The position numbers and the translations under genes were made by a program. Under the pieces are notes generated by a model. The model had not been told where the DNA came from. It saw only the letters and a program-made list of their open reading frames with translations, and made no database searches. Shown one piece after another: positions 8,587 through 15,451 of a DNA stretch of 20,000 bases; within the stretch, counting starts at the first letter, position 1, and each line of letters begins with the position of its first letter. The DNA is from an uncultured virus (IMG/VR IMGVR_UViG_3300023179_000084) (Duplodnaviria; Heunggongvirae; Uroviricota; Caudoviricetes), in IMG/VR virus record IMGVR_UViG_3300023179_000084; one strand, given 5' to 3'.

Positions 8587-8937
8587 ATGAAAGTAGTCAT
8601 TAATAGTGACTATGGTGGTTTCGGCCTTAGTAGCGAAGCAATGGAGTTTATTGCCACCCGCAAAGGCTGGAACTATCAAATAAGCGATTACTACGAGCGT
8701 TGGTGGGAGCCTCAATCAGATAGTATTGAGTATAATGTATTTGGTGCTCAAATCTGGGACGTAGACCTACCACGCACTGATAGAGACCTTGTTGACTGCG
8801 TAGAACTACTAAGTGACAGATCATGGGGTAGAAATGCGGCACTTAAGGTTGTTGAAGTTCCTGATGAAGTTGAGTGGCATATTCAAGAGCATGACGGACG
8901 TGAGTGGATAGCAGAAGATCATAGGACATGGATGTAA
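8587..8937 (+). CDS. Conserved hypothetical phage protein
   Basis: MKVVINSDYGGFGLS...LKVVEVPDEVEWHIQEHDGREWIAE. Confidence 0.85.
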   Translation: MKVVINSDYGGFGLSSEAMEFIATRKGWNYQISDYYERWWEPQSDSIEYNVFGAQIWDVDLPRTDRDLVDCVELLSDRSWGRNAALKVVEVPDEVEWHIQEHDGREWIAEDHRTWM

Positions 8938-9116
8938 TGGAAACAATTGAACTAGATCTAACCGATAGTGAATTTTTAGAGCTAGCAAAACTAGCACACA
9001 ATCAAGACGTTACCTTTAACCAATTGGTAAATAATATGCTAGCAGATGCTGTAAGCTTAGACCTAGCACACAATCGCTTTGAAAAGATTGTTAATCAAAT
9101 TATACTAGCAACATGA
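8937..9116 (+). CDS. Hypothetical protein
   Basis: METIELDLTDSEFLELAKLAHNQDVTFNQLVN; TAATG overlap. Confidence 0.7.
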   Translation: METIELDLTDSEFLELAKLAHNQDVTFNQLVNNMLADAVSLDLAHNRFEKIVNQIILAT

Positions 9117-9322
9117 ATAAACAATTAGCTAAAGAATTTTATACTAAATCATTTAGTCGCTGGGCTAAAGCTGAACCTATTTTGCCAGAAGTATTTATGC
9201 AGTTGGTTGTAGAAGAGTGTATTAGGGTAATTGAAAATACTAAAGGGCCTAGTAAAATTATGGCCATACAAAATATCAAGCAACATTTTGGACTAACTCA
9301 AGATCAAAATGAGAATATTTAA
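9113..9322 (+). CDS. Hypothetical protein
   Basis: 69 aa, ATGA-type overlap. Confidence 0.7.
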   Translation: MNKQLAKEFYTKSFSRWAKAEPILPEVFMQLVVEECIRVIENTKGPSKIMAIQNIKQHFGLTQDQNENI

Positions 9323-9509
9323 GTATAATGAGTATGAGGATCAAGAACCTACCCTAGTTACTGAGCAAGAAATTCGTGCTAACTACTGGCCTTACTGGTA
9401 TAACGAAATGTGTGCTAAGCACGGTAAAGAACTAGTAGATACTAAATTTACCTTTGATGACTGTATCTATGCCTGGATTATTGAGAACTGGGCCTGGGAG
9501 GTTAAATAG
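9309..9509 (+). CDS. Hypothetical protein
   Basis: 66 aa, Trp-rich, operonic. Confidence 0.7.
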   Translation: MRIFKYNEYEDQEPTLVTEQEIRANYWPYWYNEMCAKHGKELVDTKFTFDDCIYAWIIENWAWEVK

Positions 9510-9763
9510 TGAATATTAAATTTAAGGCACTAGCAGATGAGTGTGGTTTTTGTCTCTGGACAGATGAATCGTGGAGACCCAAAGATCAGATTATCGACTG
9601 GTCTACCAACTATGACAAAGAGTTTGAAAAGTATAGCGAAGAGCTAGTTCGTTGGGTTATTCTATGCTGTGAAAGCAATCAGCTTGCACAGCAAAGTGGT
9701 AACCTTAAACAAAACTGGACTACTAAAACTTTGCAAGACTTTGGTTTAGCGAAAAAAATTTAG
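9509..9763 (+). CDS. Hypothetical protein
   Basis: 84 aa, GGAGG RBS, TAGTG overlap. Confidence 0.7.
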   Translation: MNIKFKALADECGFCLWTDESWRPKDQIIDWSTNYDKEFEKYSEELVRWVILCCESNQLAQQSGNLKQNWTTKTLQDFGLAKKI

Positions 9764-9765
9764 TC

Positions 9766-9794
9766 TTGAACTAATAACCTAAACACTGTATAAT
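9766..9794 (+). promoter_or_regulatory. Sigma70-type promoter for ncRNA/tRNA cluster
   Basis: TTGAAC-N17-TATAAT. Confidence 0.8.
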
Positions 9795-9801
9795 ATATAT
9801 T

Positions 9802-9920
9802 ATGGCTAGTGAGGAACACAAGATCCGCAAGGATTGACAGCTTTAAATGACATTTTGCCCTACCAAATAAATAATTATTTATCCTATACAAAATGTGCAT
9901 TGTAGCGACCACCTGCCATA
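9802..9920 (+). ncRNA. Putative structured RNA domain upstream of the hammerhead
   Basis: ATGGC/GCCAT closing stem, GATCC-GCAA-GGATT GNRA hairpin, ACATTTTG/CAAAATGT stem; no plus-strand ORF. Confidence 0.5.
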
Positions 9921-9925
9921 ACCAA

Positions 9926-10024
9926 ATCCTCTGATGAGCTGTTGCAATACAGTGAAACCCTAAACCCACTAAGCAGTTGCTGTGTATTTCAATCTACACA
10001 CCTGCTGCGGTTTAGGGTAAGGAT
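9926..10024 (+). ncRNA. Type I hammerhead ribozyme
   Basis: Stem I ATCCT/AGGAT; core CTGATGA (9931-9937); stem II GCTGT-TGCAAT-ACAGT; GAAA (9954-9957); stem III CCCTAAACC/GGTTTAGGG with extended hairpin; GUA cleavage triplet ending at 10019. Confidence 0.88.
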
Positions 10025-10027
10025 ACA

Positions 10028-10052
10028 AGCCAGCTAAGCTGGCTATTTTTTT
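10028..10052 (+). terminator. Rho-independent terminator-like hairpin
   Basis: AGCCAGC-TAA-GCTGGCT followed by T-run. Confidence 0.7.
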
Positions 10053-10056
10053 CTAG

Positions 10057-10210
10057 TAAAATAATTTTTATGGCTCTGTGCAAAATGTTTGACTAACAGC
10101 CCGACTACTAGGGTAAAACAGAATCCGTGATGTAGCCTAGTCAACTGCAACCAAGCACGGAGAGACATTAGTCTCTTAAACAGGTAGTAGTAGCCATAAA
10201 AATTATTTTA
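10057..10210 (+). ncRNA. Putative stem-closed structured RNA
   Basis: 19-bp closing stem TAAAATAATTTTTATGGCT/AGCCATAAAAATTATTTTA enclosing several hairpins and a possible pseudoknot (ACTACTA/TAGTAGT). Confidence 0.65.
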
Positions 10211-10211
10211 T

Positions 10212-10288
10212 CTCGGGGTAGTTCCAATTGGTAGAACACTGGTCTCCAAAACCATATGTTGGCGGTTCGAATCCGTCCTCCGAGGCCA
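10212..10288 (+). tRNA. tRNA-Trp (CCA)
   Basis: CTCGGGG/CTCCGAG-G-CCA, anticodon loop CTCCAAA, GTTCGAAT. Confidence 0.92.
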
Positions 10289-10293
10289 GATTA

Positions 10294-10369
10294 GCACCCA
10301 TCGTCTAGAGGCCAAGGACACTGCCCTTTCACGGCGGCGACACCGGTTCGAATCCGGTTGGGTGTGCCA
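10294..10369 (+). tRNA. tRNA-Glu (TTC)
   Basis: GCACCCA/TGGGTGT-G-CCA, anticodon loop CTTTCAC. Confidence 0.95.
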
Positions 10370-10374
10370 AACAA

Positions 10375-10449
10375 GCTGAATTAGCTCAGTGGTAGAGCAA
10401 CCGCCTTGTAAGCGGTAGGTCGTCAGTTCAAATCCGACATTCAGCACCA
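10375..10449 (+). tRNA. tRNA-Thr (TGT)
   Basis: GCTGAAT/ATTCAGC-A-CCA, anticodon loop CTTGTAA. Confidence 0.95.
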
Positions 10450-10463
10450 ACTAAGGAATAGTT

Positions 10464-10649
10464 ATGGGAACACTAAAACCAGGTGTAAATTATATTTATG
10501 AACGTGTAGATGGTGTTGTTTATGCTAGAGAATTTGGAGCACCACCAAATACCAGATTTCCAATAGGCTGGGACTATGTGCCTAATAATGACGATGACGG
10601 CCAGCCTGATGAAAGTCAGGAGTGGTACGATTTTGATCCAGACTGTTAG
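10464..10649 (+). CDS. Hypothetical phage protein
   Basis: 61 aa, AAGGA RBS. Confidence 0.75.
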   Translation: MGTLKPGVNYIYERVDGVVYAREFGAPPNTRFPIGWDYVPNNDDDGQPDESQEWYDFDPDC

Positions 10650-10657
10650 AGGAAATT

Positions 10658-11218
10658 ATGAATACTTGGCTAATCAGCGATACGCACTTTGGTCATGAGA
10701 ATATACTTAAGTTTACTAGAGATGACGGCACCAAATTGCGGGACTTTAGCACAGTAGAGGAAATGGACGAGTGCATGATTAACAACTGGAATAGTGTGGT
10801 TAACGCAAAAGACCGTGTTTACCACCTTGGTGATGTGGTCATCAATCGTAAGGCACTTAGTACACTCAGTCGTCTTAATGGTCGTAAGATGCTTATCAAG
10901 GGCAACCATGATATTTTTAAGGCCGACGAATACCTAGAGTATTTTGACGACATAAAAGCCTATCATGTGTTAGACGGACTCTTACTGAGCCATGTGCCAG
11001 TACACACAGACAGCTTGGGCAGATTTGGCTGCAACATACACGGACACCTACACTATCGTGAAGTACTTGACAGCAATGGTGTGGCAGACCTACGCTACTG
11101 GAATGTATCAGTAGAACGTATTGGCTACACACCTATCAGTCTAGAAGGGCTAAAGCACATGATTGTTAGCCTTGGTGGCAGCGTCGCAATGAAACCAAAC
11201 CCTAATGAAGTTACTTAA
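10658..11218 (+). CDS. Calcineurin-like metallophosphoesterase
   Basis: SDTHFGH, HLGDV, GNHD, SHVP, HGHLH motifs. Confidence 0.92.
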   Translation: MNTWLISDTHFGHENILKFTRDDGTKLRDFSTVEEMDECMINNWNSVVNAKDRVYHLGDVVINRKALSTLSRLNGRKMLIKGNHDIFKADEYLEYFDDIKAYHVLDGLLLSHVPVHTDSLGRFGCNIHGHLHYREVLDSNGVADLRYWNVSVERIGYTPISLEGLKHMIVSLGGSVAMKPNPNEVT

Positions 11219-11286
11219 CTAGACTTGACAAACCTTGCTAAACAGTGTAAAATATTATTTTAATTGACAGAAATCAAGGACACACT

Positions 11287-11505
11287 ATGGAACAGAAATC
11301 TGCGCTAGAGATCTTGCAAGCGTATGATAAACTATTAGCAACTGTAGAAGCAGCTCGTAGTTGTGGTGTTAGTGAAGAAAAGATGACCAGAAAGCTGGTA
11401 GCTATGCTTATTTGGAACATGGACGACCTACCACAAGACAAGTTTGACAAGCTGCATGACTTTAATGTTAAGTACTTGGGCAGATTAGATTTTGAAACAA
11501 TTTAG
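11287..11505 (+). CDS. Hypothetical protein
   Basis: 72 aa, AAGGA RBS, promoter TTGACA-N17-TAAAAT at 11225-11253. Confidence 0.75.
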   Translation: MEQKSALEILQAYDKLLATVEAARSCGVSEEKMTRKLVAMLIWNMDDLPQDKFDKLHDFNVKYLGRLDFETI

Positions 11506-11616
11506 GCTGTTGAAGGCTCGGCACACTGCCCCTGCTAGCCGTGCGGTGTGATGCCTAAAACGCCAAGCCTGAACGGTGTGTGCTTGGTGAAAGTGAGGAA
11601 TAGTCAATAGCCTAAA
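11501..11616 (+). ncRNA. Putative stem-closed structured RNA A
   Basis: TTTAGGCTGTTGA/TCAATAGCCTAAA closing stem; hairpins CACACTGC/GCGGTGTG and CGCCAAGC/GCTTGGTG. Confidence 0.6.
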
Positions 11617-11660
11617 AAAATTTTTACTTGAACTAGAGACCACAATACTGTATAATTATA

Positions 11661-11738
11661 TTATTGTGTTAGAGAACAATCGCCAGAAAGCACAACCAAC
11701 TAAATATCACTATTGCGGTGCTTCCTCTAATACAATAA
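11661..11738 (+). ncRNA. Putative small RNA B with own promoter
   Basis: Promoter TTGAAC-N17-TATAAT (11628-11656); 14-bp closing stem TTATTGTGTTAGAG/CTCTAATACAATAA; inner AAGCAC/GTGCTT. Confidence 0.6.
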
Positions 11739-11817
11739 AAATTATTTACTTGAAACTGTAATCCAACTACTATATAATATTTATATTGGCTGAGAGAACA
11801 ACACAACATGACTCAGC

Positions 11818-11965
11818 CTATTTGTTTAGTGTTATCAAGGTATCGTGCTAGGACGCTAGCACTATTCGGGTTCAATCAGCCGGAGACGAATCCTAAGATA
11901 ACTGCCTCGGCTCTGCAAGGGAAGCACCCTATTGCTAAATAGGCACGATAGCACTAAACAAATAG
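11818..11965 (+). ncRNA. Putative multi-branched RNA D
   Basis: Promoter TTGAAA-N17-TATAAT (11750-11778); 19-bp closing stem CTATTTGTTTAGTGTTATC/GATAGCACTAAACAAATAG; inner hairpins GTGCTAG/CTAGCAC, ATTCG/CGAAT, CCTATT/AATAGG. Confidence 0.65.
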
Positions 11966-11980
11966 TTAAAGGAGAATGAT

Positions 11981-12157
11981 GTGATTACTTATGGTCAATT
12001 GCTTAAGCGACTACAAAGTTTTTCTAAAGAGCAGCTCAAATGCACAGTAGTAGTCTTAGACAGTGCTTATGACGAGTATAATGAGATGAACACCATCTAC
12101 TTTAGCGGTCAAGAGAATGATATGTTCGATGAAGACCACCCCATTCTTGTGATCTAA
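11981..12157 (+). CDS. Hypothetical protein, not in ORF track
   Basis: GTG start after AAGGAG: MITYGQLLKRLQSFSKEQLKCTVVVLDSAYDEYNEMNTIYFSGQENDMFDEDHPILVI (58 aa). Confidence 0.7.
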   Translation: MITYGQLLKRLQSFSKEQLKCTVVVLDSAYDEYNEMNTIYFSGQENDMFDEDHPILVI

Positions 12158-12206
12158 AAATTTTTACTTGATTTATCAAACCCCCTAATGCTAAAATATT
12201 ATTATT

Positions 12207-12371
12207 GGGTAAACCAGGACTGCGACCCACCGAGCAGATAAGTTTTTAATTGTTGCTGAACTATTATCCTTAGCAACAGCCCACCCTAAAGGGTGAACCA
12301 GGACTGCCATTTATAAGTGCAGATAAGTTCTTAATTGTTGCTGAACCTAGCTCCTTAGCAACAGCCCAGCC
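12207..12371 (+). repeat. Tandem 84-nt duplicated structured RNA unit (12207-12286, 12291-12371)
   Basis: Conserved GGGTRAACCAGGACTGC-[var]-GCAGATAAGTTYTTAATTGTTGCTGAAC-[var]-TCCTTAGCAACAGCCC; promoter TTGATT-N18-TAAAAT at 12168-12197. Confidence 0.85.
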
Positions 12372-12379
12372 TAGTGTTA

Positions 12380-12518
12380 TTTATTAAAATTTAGAGACTG
12401 TATGCATCAGGTTGTGTTGTAACTAGTGTAGTGGTTCAACGTACCAGTAGGTTCTGGCCAGAACGCAAAAGTACTATAACCAAACACACTACAACCATTT
12501 GCTCTAAGTTTTAATAAA
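12380..12518 (+). ncRNA. Putative rod-like RNA F
   Basis: 17-bp closing stem TTTATTAAAATTTAGAG/CTCTAAGTTTTAATAAA; nested GGTTGT/ACAACC, TAGTGT/ACACTA, GTTCT/AGAAC. Confidence 0.6.
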
Positions 12519-13100
12519 GCACACTGTAGCTCTGTGGACATGATGGTAGCAATACCTGAAACGCTGTGGACCTCACTGTGTTTAGCTAAACCTCAACGTA
12601 ACCAGCAATGGCATAACAGTAACGGTTTAGGGTCAGACGCATAATGACTAAAAATGAAACATGCCTCAGCTAAGTACACTGAGTTACAAATGGTACAGGT
12701 AGCAACTACCCAGTGTTGCGTTAACTCATACGAGAATTGAGTACACAGTGGAGCTGATTCTGCCACGAGCATGGCAGCCAACCACTAGCCTCTAAGGTAT
12801 TACAGGCAGCGATGTAGTATTACCCTAACAGGCAAACTGCGCCAACAGATTAAAACTGGCAAAGCATTATACTAGTGCTGTATAAGTCGCTATCTACTAA
12901 TTGCAAGACACCACCTATGAGTGGTGATGTAGGTGCAAGCCCTACTAGCGCCAACTGCCCATCCTAGCTGATACCTAAGACTAAAAGCAAGTTGAGAACC
13001 TAAGGTTCGCTCTAGCACTCCAAGACCCTGGCTAGCTATCCAGCAACCTCAAAGAGCAAAGCTAGACTAGCAGTAGCAAGCTACTACATAAGTCTATAAA
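12518..13100 (+). ncRNA. Large structured ncRNA candidate containing a tRNA-like element
   Basis: About 580 nt with no long plus-strand ORF; many hairpins (GNRA loops GGTA-GCAA-TACC, CCA-GCAA-TGG), long-range CACTGTGT/ACACAGTG pairing; ends at a terminator. Confidence 0.55.
12886..12953 (+). other. tRNA-like element (non-canonical)
   Basis: CGCTA/TAGCG-CCA acceptor-like stem, T-arm GTAGG-TGCAAGC-CCTAC, anticodon-like CACCAC-CTATGA-GTGGTG with 6-nt loop, degenerate D-arm. Confidence 0.5.
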
Positions 13101-13111
13101 AAACGTACGTT

Positions 13112-13143
13112 CTAAAGCCCGCCACAAGCGGGCTTTAGTTTTT
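13112..13143 (+). terminator. Rho-independent terminator
   Basis: CTAAAGCCCGC-CACAA-GCGGGCTTTAG-TTTTT. Confidence 0.85.
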
Positions 13144-13232
13144 GTAAAAACTCCTATAGCAAAGAAAATTTTAGCTTGAAAAAATATCCAAGCATGTGAT
13201 ATAATAAAGTATAAATTATGGTAATTTAATAC

Positions 13233-13351
13233 TTGGTTTTGGCTGAGCTAAGGCGGGCCTAAAACTATAAAATTGAGCGAGCCCTGCCGAGTGTAACAAT
13301 GATATAGTTTTAGTCCAATGCCCGCTGCTTAGGGTCAAGCTAACAAAACCA
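13233..13351 (+). ncRNA. Long rod-like hairpin in leader of D2-like gene
   Basis: Promoter TTGAAA-N18-TATAAT (13176-13205); TGGTTTTG/CAAAACCA, GCGGGC/GCCCGC, CTAAAACTATA/TATAGTTTTAG stems. Confidence 0.55.
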
Positions 13352-13476
13352 CTAAATTTGATTGTTACTAAAATTTCGTTTTAAAAAAATAATTGTATTA
13401 ATTTTTATTTTAAGGGGGTAATGAAAATTTTGACTAATTTTCCGCTCCCCCAAATTGCCCACCTCTAGCGACTACA

Positions 13477-14211
13477 ATGAGACTAAGAAAACAAGACTTA
13501 CAAGAACTAGAATTAGATAGACTAGCTGATCTAACAGACCAAGAACTAGAAAAATTTGTTGTTGATGAAAATTTACATAACTATAGTAGTTGGCTATTAC
13601 CACAACTAGTAAGCGTATTTGGTCAGTGGCAGTTAAAAAGCTGTGGTAAAACTACTGTTAAACACAACTGTAGCAATAACTTTCAACGAGCTTGCTGGAG
13701 ACTTACTAGACTACGTCGTAGTTTACTAGTAAAAAATCAAACACTAGAGCCTCAATATGCACAGTTTACTCCACTAATACTACTAGGATTTAAACGCATG
13801 CAAAATATTAATTACAACTATTTTAGAAATTTTAGTGGATTAGAGTGGTTGCTAGAACCAGAACTTTATAGTGCACTAGTTGTAGAACCACCACAACTTA
13901 CTAGTAGCAGACTCCTAGCCATTAGACAGCAAGGATTACTTTACAAATCTGGAAAGAACAGTGGTAAGTATAGGCAGGCTAAAAGTACTTGGCAGCTTTA
14001 TGGAATTCAAGATACCGAACTTGGTAGTTACCCTAAACTTACGCAAACTATACTAACACAGTGCTGGTTAGCGCATCCACAACTGCGTAGTAGTACCATG
14101 ATCTTAGACCTTAATAACTGGGACAACTTACCAGATACTCTTGTTGAAGAAGTATTTGTACAACAAACTACAACAAAATTGCAGCAACCAAATTTGCCTT
14201 GGTTGGATTAA
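13477..14211 (+). CDS. T5 D2-like protein
   Basis: PQYAQFTPLILLGFKRMQNINY, LLAIRQQGLLYKSGKNSGK, PKLTQTILTQCW, C-terminal LPW resemble T5-family D2 as recalled; followed by a D3-like gene as in T5. Confidence 0.65.
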   Translation: MRLRKQDLQELELDRLADLTDQELEKFVVDENLHNYSSWLLPQLVSVFGQWQLKSCGKTTVKHNCSNNFQRACWRLTRLRRSLLVKNQTLEPQYAQFTPLILLGFKRMQNINYNYFRNFSGLEWLLEPELYSALVVEPPQLTSSRLLAIRQQGLLYKSGKNSGKYRQAKSTWQLYGIQDTELGSYPKLTQTILTQCWLAHPQLRSSTMILDLNNWDNLPDTLVEEVFVQQTTTKLQQPNLPWLD

Positions 14212-14258
14212 TTAGTTTAAATTTTACAGTTAACAGTTTAGGGTCAAAGGAAAAACAC

Positions 14259-14570
14259 ATGAAATATACTAAAGAAATTACAGATCGAATTGTTAATGAT
14301 TATAAAAGTGGAAAATCCACTCTAGAGATTGCTCAAAGTCTAGATGTCCCTGACCGTAGTGTGGTGGCAAAATTATCTAGCTTGGGTGTCTACCAAAAAA
14401 AGCAATACTTAAATAAAAGGGGTGAGGTGCCCGTCAAAAAGCAAGAGCATATTGAGCAACTAGCCCAATTGCTAGAGGTGCCATCGGATCAGCTAGAGAG
14501 TTTGGAAAAAGTAAACAAAAATGTACTTGTTTTAATTAAAAACAAATTATCTGACCCTAAACCGCACTAA
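14259..14570 (+). CDS. T5 D3/A2-family DNA-binding protein (paralog 2)
   Basis: MKYTKEIT...IAQSLDVPDRSVVAKLSSLGVY...LESLEKVNK; AAGGA RBS. Confidence 0.75.
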   Translation: MKYTKEITDRIVNDYKSGKSTLEIAQSLDVPDRSVVAKLSSLGVYQKKQYLNKRGEVPVKKQEHIEQLAQLLEVPSDQLESLEKVNKNVLVLIKNKLSDPKPH

Positions 14571-14582
14571 TTGTAGCAAACT

Positions 14583-14608
14583 AACCCAGCCATACGCTGG
14601 GTTTTTTT
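14583..14608 (+). terminator. Rho-independent terminator
   Basis: CCCAGC-CATAC-GCTGGG-TTTTTTT. Confidence 0.85.
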
Positions 14609-14625
14609 GTGCCTAGACTGGTCAG

Positions 14626-14845
14626 TTGATCTGGTTTAGGGTCAGAAATACTTACTTGACACTGGTGTTGAGTAGGCACTATAATGTTGGCGCCAAACTA
14701 CTAAATTTTTGACCCTAAATTGTAGTAGATTTTGGGTGCTGGAATGGTGGGATCAAAATTTTCTGACTTGTGTGGCTTGATCCGGTTTAGGGTCAGAATA
14801 ATTTACTTGACAATTGTCAAGGTTTTGCACTATAATATTGGCGCA
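14626..14845 (+). repeat. Two direct-repeat modules: GGTTTAGGGTCAG box + TTGACA-N18-TATAAT + TTGGCGC
   Basis: Boxes at 14633 and 14784; -35 at 14656 and 14807; -10 at 14680 and 14831. Confidence 0.8.
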
Positions 14846-14947
14846 GACTAGTAAATTTGTGGAGGTTTTCCACTTTAGCACTGGCGCAAGATTAGTTTTT
14901 GCACTTAGTTTTTGCACTGGCGCAGCACACCTAGGGGTGTGCTAAGT

Positions 14948-14995
14948 TCTAGAACCTATATCGTTCTGGTTTTTATAACGATATAGGTTCTAGAA
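14948..14995. repeat. Long inverted repeat
   Basis: TCTAGAACCTATATCGTT...AACGATATAGGTTCTAGA. Confidence 0.85.
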
Positions 14996-15046
14996 TTTGT
15001 AGCGGGATTGTGATAAGTTCTATAATTTGTTGCAACTTAGGGTCAG

Positions 15047-15128
15047 CCGACAAACGGTAGATTTGACCCGACAAACGGCGGTGATTTCGCTTGACACGGC
15101 GGCAAATTTTATGGTAAAATTTGGCGCC
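15047..15128 (+). promoter_or_regulatory. Repeat module: LytTR-type box pair + promoter + GGCGCC
   Basis: CCGACAAACGG at 15047 and 15068; TTGACA 15091-N18-TAAAAT; TTGGCGCC. Confidence 0.75.
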
Positions 15129-15249
15129 ACATGGTTCTAAATTATATAATTTATAATTGGGCTATGTACATAGCGAGCGTTATAGTTCGTATATAATGAG
15201 AATTACTGCGCTTATGATTTTTATAACAAAATTTGTCGACAAATTTCAG

Positions 15250-15420
15250 CCGACCAGCGGCAGGTTTTAGCCGATAAACGGCGGCCAAAACCCTTGACAC
15301 GTTGCAATTTTATATGATAAAATTGGCGCCCCCGCTATAAAAATTATAGCGGTCTAAATTCTATAATTTAGACCGCTATAATTTTTATATCATTTTAAAT
15401 TCTATAATTTAGAATGATAT
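15250..15420 (+). promoter_or_regulatory. Repeat module plus stacked AT palindromes
   Basis: CCGACCAGCGG 15250, CCGATAAACGG 15271; TTGACA 15294-N18-TAAAAT; GGCGCC; CCGCTATAAAAATTATAGCGG and related palindromes. Confidence 0.75.
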
Positions 15421-15423
15421 ACG

Positions 15424-15451
15424 AAAAATAACGGCCCGATCAGGGCCGTTA
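15424..15451 (-). terminator. Rho-independent terminator
   Basis: TAACGGCCC/GGGCCGTTA hairpin with T-run on minus strand. Confidence 0.75.

Noticed and set aside
9802..10210. RNase P RNA or group I intron
   Set aside because: Only fragmentary look-alikes (GAGGAA, ACAGAA); P4 consensus and P7 elements missing
10208..10450. 80-aa minus-strand ORF
   Set aside because: Antisense shadow of three tRNA genes
12380..12518. Retron msr-msd (long closing inverted repeat)
   Set aside because: No reverse transcriptase in the window and several other units share the same closing-stem architecture
12750..12953. tmRNA (GGAGCTGATTCTG resembles the tmRNA 5' end; tRNA-like 3' end)
   Set aside because: Only about 200 nt, no G3-U70 alanine determinant, no evident tag ORF, and GGAGCTG pairs better with TAGCTCT at 12527
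14235..15046. Telomeric TTAGGG repeats
   Set aside because: Not tandem; hexamer is part of a longer dispersed motif in both orientations
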